Counted from the stretch's first letter, positions 21,241 to 33,416 are shown. The stretch is DNA of 48,191 nt from Octopus bimaculoides (GCF_001194135.2 NC_069007.1:9987262-10035452); one strand, 5' to 3'. Made by a program: numbers and translations. The notes: generated by a model from the letters alone, not told the origin.

Positions 21241-21586
21241 TGCCACATGGTTCTGGGTTCAGTCCCACTGCGTGGCACTTTGGGCAAGTGTCTTCAACTA
21301 TAGCCTCGGGCCAACCAAAGTTTTGTGAGTGGATTTGGTAGACGGAAACTGAAAGAAGCCCATCGTATATACATGTATATATATATGTGTATCTGTGTTT
21401 GTCCCCCCAACATTGCTTGACAACCGATGCTATTTTGTTTATGTCCCCGTAACTTAGCGGTTCAGCATAAGAAACTGATAGAATAAGTACTAGGCTTACA
21501 AAGAATAAGTCCTGGGGTCGATTTGCTCGACTAAAGGCGGTACTCCAGCATGGCCACAGTCAAATGACTGAAACAAGTAAAAGAGT
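21241..21586 (+). mobile_element. Family A SINE, head slightly truncated
   Basis: Matches 17592-17995. Confidence 0.9.
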
Positions 21587-21638
21587 ATATGTATGTATAA
21601 AGATACATATCTACAGATATATATATATATATATATAT

Positions 21639-22230
21639 ACAAAAATAAGAGGAATGACCAGCAAAAGTGGACTCCTATATGCTAGAAATAGATGCCGAAT
21701 CATCTAACCACGAAAAAATATGTTCTCAGTAAAAAATTAGCGACATTTATTAACTGCAGAGTTATTTCCGGACTTAGCACGCCAGATTGAAGACATTTGA
21801 AGGGATACACTGAATGTGATTTGTAGAACTCTACACGTGCTCCCTTTCTAGTGGACGTCTTATGTCTAGTTCTGGAAATTATATTTTTAAATCGATAGAC
21901 TATGCTGATGATCCTGCAGATATTTACTTATGTAAATTTTACAGGTGAAACCATGGTACATAGGTTAATCGTTTTTTTTAGTATTTTTTTCATTTGTCTT
22001 GCCCTTTTACAGTCTGTTGTGTCACTAATTTTCTACTGAGAACATATTTTTTCGTGGTTAGATGATCCGGCATCTATTTCTAGCATATAGGAGTCCACTT
22101 TTGCTGGTCATTCCTCTTATTTTTGTATGTAATATAATTTTAATCTTCGGATTTTTTTAATATGCTAGACCACTGGTTTTAATTGATTAATATCAATTTC
22201 TACCCTTATTAATAAATTTTATATATATAT
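21639..22230 (+). mobile_element. Penelope-like pLTR fragment with a 5' inverted partial copy
   Basis: 21639-21745 is the reverse complement of about 22020-22126 (about 3 mismatches); hammerhead inside; bounded by (TA)n. Confidence 0.7.
21900..21963 (+). ncRNA. Type I hammerhead ribozyme
   Basis: CTATG-CTGATGA-[T CCTG..ATTTAC TTAT GTAAAT..CAGG T]-GAAAC-CATG-GTA-CATAG: 5 bp stem I, palindromic stem III, GUA site; T.T mismatch at the base of stem II. Confidence 0.8.
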
Positions 22231-22311
22231 TAGTATCTTTATACAAATATATATATATAAAGATATATATCAAGAGGCATATATGTATATAGAGAAAGAG
22301 GGAGAGAGTGA

Positions 22312-22428
22312 TGCGGACATGGCTGTGTGCTAAGAAGCTTGCTTCCTAACAGTGAGATCTTGGGTTCAGTCCCTCCGCGTGACACCTTAGGCCAAGTGTT
22401 TTCTCCTATAACCAGGCCAACCAAAGCT
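22312..22428 (+). mobile_element. Family A SINE head
   Basis: GGCTGTGTGCTAAGAAGCTTGCTTCC..GGGTTCAGTCCC..GGCCAACCAAAGC. Confidence 0.8.
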
Positions 22429-23324
22429 AAGGCGGAGGTAATAATAATCACATTAAATGGCAAGAGTAAAGGAGGAGATTAACTTCATTTCTGTCAAATA
22501 TTAATTAATGCATTTGCCATTCTAGCTCTCAATTTCAATGCATTAAACTTGTCACTTGTCATGAGATAATTATTATTTTCTACATAGATACATTGGATGA
22601 ATGAATCAGACATTTACTGGTTGTGGAATGTGACCCATCATATGACAGTATGACAGGTAACACTACTGTATGTGTGTGTTTTGAGCATGTGTGTATTTGT
22701 GTGTGTGTGTGTCTGTCTGTCTGTCTGTGTGTTTGAGCACGTGTGTATTTGTGTGTATTTGTGCATGTGTGTGTTTGAGCATGACAGTAATTTACTGTAA
22801 TATATTTTTGTGTCAACCATCTCAGTTAAATCCAATCAGGATTTTTAAACCATTAAAAAACATAAAAATATTCCTGTACAGTTCCTATTTTAGCCTCGAT
22901 GCTGCGAAGTAAATTTATTGTACGAATAATAATAAGTTAAAATTAATATAAACCCATTTTCAATCTCTCAGTTTTGAATTTATTTATTTTGCAAGAATTT
23001 TAATCTGAAATCATGTGCTGAAACCAGTTTTTGTTGTATTTTGAAAGTGTGATATTAAAATCTACAAACACATTCATTGCTAGTTGCTGTTTGTCTATTA
23101 AACTTTTTCTTATTTTCTCGAAATTCTTTTTTCTTTCCACATCCTCTGTGAGGCTCTTTCAATGGGAATATATTTTCTATAGCCATTGAAATGGCTACAG
23201 AGATGCTGTGATGAAAAAGTATGAGGGGAAGAGAGGAAGAATATAAATAAACACCCATAGAATATGCTTGTAACCTTTAATAGAATCGCTCTCCTAAAAC
23301 ATATTAACACATTTTCAGTATTAT

Positions 23325-23745
23325 TCTTCTACCTGCTTCAGTTATTAGACTACGGCCATCATGGAGCACCACTTTGAGGAATTTTAGTTGAAAGAATCAA
23401 CCCCAGTGTTTATTTTTAAGCCTGATACTCATTGTATTGCTCTCTTTCTCTGAACTGCTAAGTTACAGGGATATAAACACACTAACTTCGGTTGCCAAGT
23501 GATGGCAGGAAACAAACACAGACACCAAGACACACACATACTCACATACACGCATGCATGCATGCATGCACGTACACACACACACACATGTATATACGAT
23601 GGGCTCCTTTCAGTTTCCATCTACAAAATCCATTCACAAGTCTTTGAACTGCCCGAGGCTGTAGTAGAAGATACTTGCCCAAGGTGGGACTGAACCTAGA
23701 ACCATGAGGTTGGAAAGCAAGCTTCTAAGCATGCAGCCATACATG
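23325..23745 (-). mobile_element. Family A SINE, diverged
   Basis: Reverse complement of the family A unit. Confidence 0.85.
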
Positions 23746-25809
23746 GTCCTATGAGGCTACACAAACAGATTGACATCCTACTCTCTCCCTCATATACATC
23801 TTGTACCTTGGCTGCACACCTTTCTCTCTTTCCAGATGTAGAAACCATGCGTTCACCTCTTCAGCAAAACACTTGGTCTTCTTCCTCTATCATACTTTCA
23901 TATCCCTCAAGATTATAACCACACGGTTGAGGATCTTGTTTGGCACATATTTGGTGACATAACCGGTGCCACAAAAATAGCACCCAGCACACTCTTTAGG
24001 GTGTGTGGGTATTTTGAAAATACCTCACAAAGAGATGAATGTACCTGCTATGGTTACAGGCTGCCCTTTGGCAGAGGCATAACATCTGTTCAGCCACCCC
24101 TTCCAGGGATGCAGCAAAGCCATGGGACTGCAGCATTGTGGATTGTGAAGAGGAGGGTGTGAGTGCATCCCCTTGTTTTCACATCATGTAATGTTTTTAA
24201 ACTATTATGATCAATGTACAAATGATGTTGTTCACTTCCAATTCTTCAATAAAATTTTAAAAAAGGTAGTGTTTCCCAACAGAAATATGGTAACAAATGG
24301 ATTAATAATTACAAAGTTATTTTACTAAATTCTTCATTATTTTCAAAATTAATTGTAACAAAGGCAGTAGATTTCAACAGATATATGGTAACAAAAAGAT
24401 TAAGTGATATGAATTAAAATTTTCTTACAAAATTTCATGTTTCAAACACCAGCAACATAATAAAAAAATTATTATGATAAATTCTTTTTCGGCAGAGTAT
24501 TCCAATAGTAATATGGTAAGCTAAAGGACTAAAGACTTTGCAAGTGCCTACCTTGAATAATATAGATTGATAGTAACATTTTCCTTTTATGGCAAAATAT
24601 GCACCTAATTCAATAAAATTATGAAGGTTACTCTGATTACTATGCATAAAATACAGAATATTTGATTTCTTTGTAGATTAGATACGCATAATTCGTCCCT
24701 GCTTTTCAATCTCAGTATTTAAGCTACGCATAGTAGTGCTGTGGTACACATGCTGCATACACTCCTACAACACCGTTTTTACGTGCTATAAAGGCAGAAG
24801 TAAATCTGCCTTCGACTCAGTCATGCACCTGTGTTTCGCTTTTTTTTTTTGTGTGTGTTTTACTATATAAATCTCACCAACTGCCTACCCTGAGTAATTA
24901 CTGACAGCACATGCCTGGTGGTGCTATATCTCTCAGCCATTGGAGAACATCAGTGGCATGTAGAGGGAAGATGGGCTTGCTTGCAGAGGCAACAGCTAAT
25001 CTTCCACAGAAAACCTTACCTGGACTTGTATTTTCAGGAGAAACATTTCAGATGGAGATACTCAGATACATGCAAGCACAGATACTATCAGATCACAAAA
25101 GCCATTGGTTTTGTACTTAATTTATAAATGACTGGGTATAGTTGTAATTACAAAATGTAGATTATATCACTTATTTTCCTTTTTCTTTTAGTGGCCACTG
25201 TGATTAAAATCTTTTTCCCTTCTAGCAGGAACATGAATGATTACCGACTCAATAAAGAAATGAAAAACCAGATTGAAAAACTAGATTTCTTTTTAAGAGA
25301 CAAATCGCCTCGCCATCTGTCCATCCCTCCATTCATCAACCTCGCTATCTGACTATCTATCTGTCCATCCACCCTTCCATCCATACATCTGACCACAAAG
25401 AGAAATCATTACTGTATAATAGTATGCCTTCTAACAGATCAATATCTTCAACACCATCAAGACTCACAACAAACTGCTGTCAGTGATTGGTTGATTGGTT
25501 GGCTGGCTGGTCGGTCAGTCAGTCGGTTGGTCAGTCAGTCGATCAGTTAATTGGTCAGTTGAATGGCTGGTCAGTTTCTGGGCTGGTATGGCAGACACAA
25601 AGGTAGGTCAAGACTGGAGAACAATTTACCAAGTAGAAGAAATTAGGGTCTTCAACAGAACAGATGAGGGTCCAATACTAAGAGTTAAAAGAATTTTTCA
25701 GAGAACTGCAGGATAAAAATAAGAATAACAATAAAAGGAGAGGACTTACTGAGTGAATACACCTTGGGAATTGTGATTCATTCATCTTTCTAATTATATG
25801 TATTTTTGT

Positions 25810-25873
<64 letters not shown>

Positions 25874-25875
<2 letters not shown>

Positions 25876-25972
25876 CAGGAGCCAGTACCGCCTGACTGGC
25901 TCCTGTAGGATTTTCGAGCGAGATCGTTGCCAGTGCCCCTGGACTGGCTTGTGCGGGTGGCACATAAAAGAC
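25874..25972 (+). mobile_element. Family B copy running into a gap
   Basis: 25884-25972 is identical to window positions 1-89. Confidence 0.9.
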
Positions 25973-26140
25973 NNNNNNNNNNNNNNNNNNNNNNNNNNNN
26001 NNNNNNNNNNNNNNNNNNNNNNNNNNNNNNNNNNNNNNNNNNNNNNNNNNNNNNTATATATATATGTATGTATATATGTATATATGTATATATTTAAATA
26101 TATATATATATATATGCATACACACACATACATATATGTT

Positions 26141-26187
<47 letters not shown>

Positions 26188-26286
26188 GTGCGCACTTATA
26201 TATATATATGTATGTATATATGTACATATGTATATATTTAAATACATATATATATATATATACACACACACATACATATATATGTT

Positions 26287-26327
<41 letters not shown>

Positions 26328-26646
26328 GCACATATATGTACATGCTTATGTATATAATATAATGCAAATATATATATATATATACATATATATGCATATA
26401 TATATACACATGTATGTATGTAAAGAAGCTATATTGCAGTCCTTTTGATCTGATTGCTTTTTTTGTCAACAATTGCGCTGCCTCATCGTAGTAAATATTA
26501 AGATTTGTCTGATTTTTTGTTACTAATGAATATGTATGGACAGACATGTAAATATATATGTGTGTGTGTCTGTGTATACACACACATATATACATGCGTA
26601 CATACATACATATGTTTATGTATATGAGTATATATATTAAAGATAT

Positions 26647-26990
26647 ATACAGGATGTTTGGGCAAAATTTGAGGCAAAATTTAATGTGTCCTTTTATCAG
26701 GAACAGCTTGGTATTTGGAGAACAGTCAACAGCGTTGGAGAGCATGATGATTATAGTTGTAGTTGAAGAAAAGTTAGCTGACATAAGAGGACTGGAAGTC
26801 ATCTGAATATTGGAAAAGAGTTAGCTGCATTATGATGATTCATGTTTTGTGTCAAAGTGATGACATCATGTCTGCTGCTCAATGCTCTGTAAACATTGCA
26901 AAAGCTGTAGGACACAACATGGACATCATGAAAACCAAGTTCCTTCAAACAGTGATGGCCTTTAGGTGTGTCTCCAATGGAATTGGGGTA
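26647..26990 (+). mobile_element. Degenerate Tc1/mariner remnant
   Basis: TA|CAGGATG..AATTTGAGG terminus similar to 40277; MKTKFLQTVMAF..VSNG resembles the Tc1-type TKFP..VMV motif. Confidence 0.5.
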
Positions 26991-27184
26991 TTTTAATTTT
27001 AAAAAAAACATATCTGAAACATTTGTAGTAAATCTCAGCCCATTTGTGTCATTATATATATATATATATATATATNNNNNNNNNNNNNNNNNNNNNNNNN
27101 NNNNNNNNNNNNNNNNNNNNNNNNNNNNNNNNNNNNNNNNNNNNNNNNNNNNNNNNNNNNNNNNNNNNNNNNNNNNNNNNNNNN

Positions 27185-28240
27185 ATATCAAAAAATAAGC
27201 AACACGGATTTCAAAGGTGATTGCAGTACGCACATTTCATGCTACTTCAATTTATTTAAGTAATGCGAGCATTACCTTAAATGCAATATGAAGAGCAATC
27301 TTCAGCTGCACGAAAAAATGCAGAAAAATTACTGTAGAAAAGACATATTATAAATGTGGCAACATTTCAAATCCAAGTGGGAGAGAGAATACATAAAAAT
27401 CCAAATGTGAGGAAGAATACATAAGTCCATCTTGACATATATATATAATACAAAATGAGACAAGAAAGGGACAAAACATCCAGATAGACGATTCAAAGAA
27501 AACAAGGACAAGTCATTCGAAGTTTTCTTTCCTCAGTTGAGTACCACATTATCTTCGCAATTTCGGCTGATTATACTCGAGATTGCTCTAATCTGGCCAG
27601 CCCCAAGGAAAAACTAAGCTAAGAGCATTCGATTCCTTGGAAGAAAGCAGCGAATGTATATGATAACAAGAACGGAAAAAAACGGACAATGTTACACAAA
27701 TACAATGAAAATAATTACAGGACATAACAACAGATGTCTTTCGACTAAGGACAAATTAAATTAAGCTGGCGTGTGTGGAAATAAAGCCTTATGGCAGGGA
27801 TATAAGATTTCACAGGCACAGGGAGGAATATCGATGTTGCACGGACAACGGCCAGCCAAGAAAGAAAGATCAGGCTTGGTCAAATACCGGTCATGTGAGA
27901 ATAGAAGAGAGAGATGCATATGGACAAGGACAGCTGCATAAAGAAGTGCCGAGCTCTAATTGTGGAGGGTACCTGTGGAAATTTACAGAAAAACAAAAGA
28001 CAAAGACAGGTGTATGAACAAGAAGCAGGTGTATTAGTTTGACACTCAAGAAAGTGAGAAAGTCTTTTACGTTTTGAGCCTATGCTCTTCAACAGAAAGG
28101 AATAAGAGAAAATAAACAGAAAGAGATTAAAATGACGTGTGGATTTAGCGATCAAGCATGGCGACTGGTTGAGGAGAAGTAGAAAGAAGGAGAGATAATA
28201 AAGTGTTAGTGGCCCCAAAATGAAGGTACACATGCGTGTG
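27185..28240 (-). mobile_element. Penelope-like repeat region with an inserted RTE fragment (27890-27985, +)
   Basis: Hammerhead-like motif at 28062-28100; the insert reads GHV..DKDSCIKKCRALIVEGTCG. Confidence 0.45.
28062..28100 (-). ncRNA. Variant minimal hammerhead-like motif
   Basis: Minus strand: CTTT-CTGTTGAA-GAGC ATAG GCTC-AAAAC-GTA-AAAG. Stems pair; the core has several substitutions. Confidence 0.45.
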
Positions 28241-28377
28241 TGTGGATAGGGGCTAGTGATTTTGATGTGTGTGGGTATGTGGATGATGGTGTGTGGTGTG
28301 GATGCTGGGAAGTGGGCAGTGCTAGTATGTGTGGAGTGGTATGGGAATGTGGAGGTATATATGTACACACATATATA

Positions 28378-28790
28378 TCATCATCACTATCATCATTTAA
28401 CATCCACTTTCCATGCTGGCATGGGTTGGACAGTTTGACTGGAACTGGTAAACCAGAGAACTGCACCAAGTTCTTCCGATTTCACATGGTTTCTACGGCT
28501 GGGTGCTCATCCTAACATCAACCACTCCAAGAGTGTAATGGGTGCTTTATGTGCTATTTGCATGACACCGGCAATGGCCACAACTACAATGTCACAGGTG
28601 CCATTTACATGACATTAGCAACATCCACAACTACGGTTCCACTTGGCTTGATGAGTCTTCTCAAGCACAGCATATTGCCAAGGTCTCAGTCACTTGTCTT
28701 CACCTTCGTGAGGCCCAACATTCGAAGATCATTCCTCACCATCTCATTGCTCACCTCCATGGGGCCCAACATTCGAATATGCATACACAC
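28378..28790 (-). mobile_element. RTE LINE 3' end (ORF2 C-terminus plus 3' UTR shared with family B)
   Basis: EMVRNDLRMLGLT..WQYAVLEKT followed by the family B tail and (GAT)n. Confidence 0.8.
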
Positions 28791-29074
28791 ATATGCATAT
28801 TCACAAATACATGCATACACACACATATGCATATACAAAAAGATAGTTAGATAGACACAGAGAGAGAGAGAGGGGTGGTTATAGAGTATATACGCACATA
28901 TTTTCTTGACATGTTTATATTAAAGAGTTGTTCCTTTATTCATTTCACATAGACATTGAGCATTGCCCCAACTAATTTCTAATCAGTTGTTGAGCACATT
29001 CAGAGAACAAATGACTCAATAAGAGAAACAGAGATGACCCTTTTGAGATTCATGAGTGACTACTTACCAATGCT

Positions 29075-29319
29075 CATGCACCCAAACACACACACACACA
29101 TGTACACATACAAACACACACCAGCACACTCATACAGGCACACACACATACACACATACACAATTACATACACATACACACAAACACGTGTACACACATG
29201 CATATACACACACACACACATGCATACAAACACACATACTCACATACACACATGCACATCATGCATACACAAATACACAAACATCAGCGCACACCATACA
29301 CACTGACACACACACTCAT

Positions 29320-29353
<34 letters not shown>

Positions 29354-29990
29354 ACATGCACACATACACTAATACACATGCATATACACTCTCATACACA
29401 CACAAACAGCAACAAACACACACACACACACACATACACACAACTATATATATATGCATATGTACATGTATAGATTCACAAAGCTATACATACATGCAGC
29501 ATCTAGCGTTGATTTTGCTGAAAAGAAGAGGAATATCAATAATGTTGTCTTCATCATCGTCATCATTATCGTCGTCATCACAGTTGTCGTCATCGTCATC
29601 AATAATACAGCCTCCAATAATATCGATACCCACTAACGCTAATAAGATCTGCATTACCACCACCACCACCACCATCAACCACTAACACTAATAAGATCTG
29701 CATCACCACCATCACCAGTGTCAGCAGCACTGTCACCACCACCGACAGCACGACACCACCATCACCGTCACCACCACCACCACCATCAAAACCATTACCA
29801 CCCCACAACTACTATCACTACCACCACCATCAAAACCACCACTTCTACCATCACCACTACCACCACCATTATCACCCCACAACCACCACCACCACCACCA
29901 TCAAAACCATCATCACCATCACCACTGCCAACAACAACAACGTCACTACTATCACCACCACCATCAATTCTACCACTATCCCTACCACTA
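29075..29990. repeat. CA-rich simple sequence followed by (ATC)/(ACC) trinucleotide arrays
   Basis: Visible directly; includes a duplicated CTAATAAGATCTGCAT unit. Confidence 0.9.
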
Positions 29991-30157
29991 TAAAGAAATA
30001 TCAACCCTTCCTACCCAACTTCCCACCCTCACCTTATGAAATTAGATGAAAATAGTGTTGTTGGTAGAGGTGGTGGTCATGTTTTATGCACAAATACATA
30101 CACACACATACAACTGCACACACACAATCACATCTATCTCTCTCTCTCTCCATCTCC

Positions 30158-30192
<35 letters not shown>

Positions 30193-30248
30193 TTTATCTG
30201 AAGTTTTTGGTAGTTTTTGAAGGTATCAGCACTTATCGTAAAATATAA

Positions 30249-30643
30249 TGCCAACTATATGTGGTGGTCCCATACAAGATGATGCTACTGTTGTTTTTGG
30301 CCCCAGGAAGACATCTCCTCCAGCTGGCTAACGACACACTGTCTATGCCCAATCAGTATTTGCAAAGGGAAATTATCATTCCCATCTCTACCCTTACGTG
30401 ATACACATGGACCCGGGTTTCTAGGTAGTAACCCATCATCAGTGTGTTATCATGTTTTCATCAGTAGCACATGATTATCACACACTGATACCCAGGTCTG
30501 TGTGTACCACGTAAGGCTAGAGGTGGGAACGATGATTTCCCCTCGGACACAGACACTGTGTCATTAGCCAGCTGGAGATGTCCACCTGGGGCTAAAAACA
30601 ACAGCAGCATCATCCTCTATGGGACTGCCACATTTAGTTGGCA
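30249..30643. mobile_element. 395 bp imperfect palindrome of two head-to-head hammerhead-bearing units
   Basis: TGCCAACTATATGTGG...CCACATTTAGTTGGCA; the arms pair along their whole length; centre near 30455-30468. Confidence 0.85.
30404..30448 (-). ncRNA. Type I hammerhead ribozyme motif (left arm of the palindrome)
   Basis: Minus strand: ACACA-CTGATGA-TGGGT TACT ACCTA-GAAAC-CCGG-GTC-CATGTG; intact core and GUC site; mismatched base of stem I. Confidence 0.75.
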
Positions 30644-30704
30644 ATTGTAGTTTACGATTCTGTAATGCTACTGTTTACTTCACGCTCAGAGATTTAATTT
30701 TGCC

Positions 30705-30745
<41 letters not shown>

Positions 30746-31074
30746 ATATATATACATACATACATACATTTGCTGGTAAAAATATACCTAAATGTATGTG
30801 TAGACACAAATACATGCACATACACACACAGATATGTGTATGATGATGGGAGTGGTGGTGGTGATGATAGTGAAAGTGGTGATGGTGATGTTGGTGGCTG
30901 TGGTGGTTTTTTATGCACAGACACACACATATATATATATATATGCACAGACACATATATATGTGTGCATGTGTGTGTATATGCATGTATGTATCTGTCT
31001 GTGTGTGTGAATACTTATGTACATATGGACATCTGTATGTAAGTAACATATATGTGTGTGCATGTGTAATAACT

Positions 31075-31119
31075 CCCCCTCTCTTTTCCTCTTCCTCTCC
31101 CTCTCCCTCTCTCTCTCTT

Positions 31120-31184
<65 letters not shown>

Positions 31185-32380
31185 NNNNNNNNNNNNNNNN
31201 NNNNNNNNNNNNNNNNNNNNNNNNNNNNNNNNNNNNNNNNNNNNNNNNNNNNNNNNNNNNNNNNNNNNNNNNNNNNNNNNNNNNNNNNNNNNNNNNNNNN
31301 NNNNNNNNNNNNNNNNNNNNNNNNNNNNNNNNNNNNNNNNNNNNNNNNNNNNNNNNNNNNNNNNNNNNNNNNNNNNNNNNNNNNNNNNNNNNNNNNNNNN
31401 NNNNNNNNNNNNNNNNNNNNNNNNNNNNNNNNNNNNNNNNNNNNNNNNNNNNNNNNNNNNNNNNNNNNNNNNNNNNNNNNNNNNNNNNNNNNNNNNNNNN
31501 NNNNNNNNNNNNNNNNNNNNNNNNNNNNNNNNNNNNNNNNNNNNNNNNNNNNNNNNNNNNNNNNNNNNNNNNNNNNNNNNNNNNNNNNNNNNNNNNNNNN
31601 NNNNNNNNNNNNNNNNNNNNNNNNNNNNNNNNNNNNNNNNNNNNNNNNNNNNNNNNNNNNNNNNNNNNNNNNNNNNNNNNNNNNNNNNNNNNNNNNNNNN
31701 NNNNNNNNNNNNNNNNNNNNNNNNNNNNNNNNNNNNNNNNNNNNNNNNNNNNNNNNNNNNNNNNNNNNNNNNNNNNNNNNNNNNNNNNNNNNNNNNNNNN
31801 NNNNNNNNNNNNNNNNNNNNNNNNNNNNNNNNNNNNNNNNNNNNNNNNNNNNNNNNNNNNNNNNNNNNNNNNNNNNNNNNNNNNNNNNNNNNNNNNNNNN
31901 NNNNNNNNNNNNNNNNNNNNNNNNNNNNNNNNNNNNNNNNNNNNNNNNNNNNNNNNNNNNNNNNNNNNNNNNNNNNNNNNNNNNNNNNNNNNNNNNNNNN
32001 NNNNNNNNNNNNNNNNNNNNNNNNNNNNNNNNNNNNNNNNNNNNNNNNNNNNNNNNNNNNNNNNNNNNNNNNNNNNNNNNNNNNNNNNNNNNNNNNNNNN
32101 NNNNNNNNNNNNNNNNNNNTCTTCTTCTTCTTCTTCTTCTTCTTCTTCTTCTTCTCCAACTTCCTTTCCTTCTCTTCCTCTCTTTCCTCTTCTTTTCCTC
32201 ATCTGTCTTCTTCTTCTTCTTCTTCTCTTTCTCCTTCTCCTTCCTCCTCCTCCTCCTACTCTCCCCTTGCTCTGCTCTTGCTGACCTGACTGTTTCTTTT
32301 TCCATATCCTCCTTCATCTCTTTTCCTTCCCCACCATCTTTTCATTCTCCACTTTCTCCTCCTCCTCCTTCACCTCTTCC
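31075..32380. repeat. (CT)n/(CTT)n polypyrimidine tract spanning a gap
   Basis: Visible directly. Confidence 0.9.
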
Positions 32381-33367
32381 TTCTCCTCTCATGGACACCC
32401 TTTTCTTATGCTCAAGTTTCACTGCCTTTCATATACCCCCACATGCAAGCTCACGTGCATCCATATACATACATATGTATATATGCATGTGTATGTATAG
32501 GCATATTTACATGTCTGTATATATGTGTGTGCATGTGTATATGTATGTATACATATTCGCACATATATATGTATGTGAGTGCATGCATGTGTATGTCATT
32601 ATACCTTCTTCCCTCATCTTTGATTCTTACCTATCATTAACCTATCACATACGTCTATTTATAGTAATTTGACATCCTTGTATTCTTCCTCCCTCCCCCA
32701 CTTAAGATTTTACTACCAAAACTTCTATTCACTTCAGTATCACCCCACCTATCCCTTTTCTCTACCTTTCTTCTATCCATCCCAAAATGCATCTCTGTCA
32801 TATCACCCCTACTCACGTATCTCATATTCTTTTACTCCTTACCTTATTGCCTCTTCCTAACCCTCTCCCATCCTCCCATTACGTTATCTTGACCACCAAC
32901 TAACACTCCTTTTCTCACTTCTTTCACCCTTTCTTTTTTTCACTCTTTTGTCTTGTTGTCTGTCCCTTTTTTCTTTTTTCTCTCTTCCTATCATTTTTTC
33001 TTCCTGTTTTAAATTTGACCTATCTCCTCTTTCTATTCATACACATTTCTCCTCCCCGCCTCTATCTACAAATACTACCAATACATTCTCAAATTTTTAC
33101 TCACACCACAAAACCCTTTCGAATTAGCAACACTGATTCCACAGCTACATACTTTGAAATGACTCAACATGAACTGCTATTGGAACTTACATACCATGTA
33201 CAAAAAACTTTTTTTACCACTTCTATACACGATTTTCCTCGAATAATGGAACTGCAACTAACATTATCTTTATATATTTTATTTCTACTTTCATTCTCTT
33301 ATTTCCTTCTATATTCCCTATCTTCTCCTTTTCCATAATAATTCGAACTCAGATATTTTCTCACACC

Positions 33368-33416
33368 ATCTCTGATGAAAGGATATCCATAATATCCCAG
33401 AAACACCTGTAAGACT
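33368..33416 (+). ncRNA. Type I hammerhead-like motif, decayed
   Basis: TCT-CTGATGA-AA GGATAT CCATA ATATCC CA-GAAAC-ACCT-GTA-AGA; intact core; base of stem II mismatched; 3 bp stem I. Confidence 0.65.

Noticed and set aside
21880-21925. IDYADD, resembling an RT catalytic motif
   Set aside because: No other RT motifs nearby; the GCTGATGAT is the hammerhead core.
24795-24845. Hammerhead on the minus strand (GCGAAAC..CTGAGTCGA)
   Set aside because: Core elements are in the wrong order or spacing and there is no valid NUH site.
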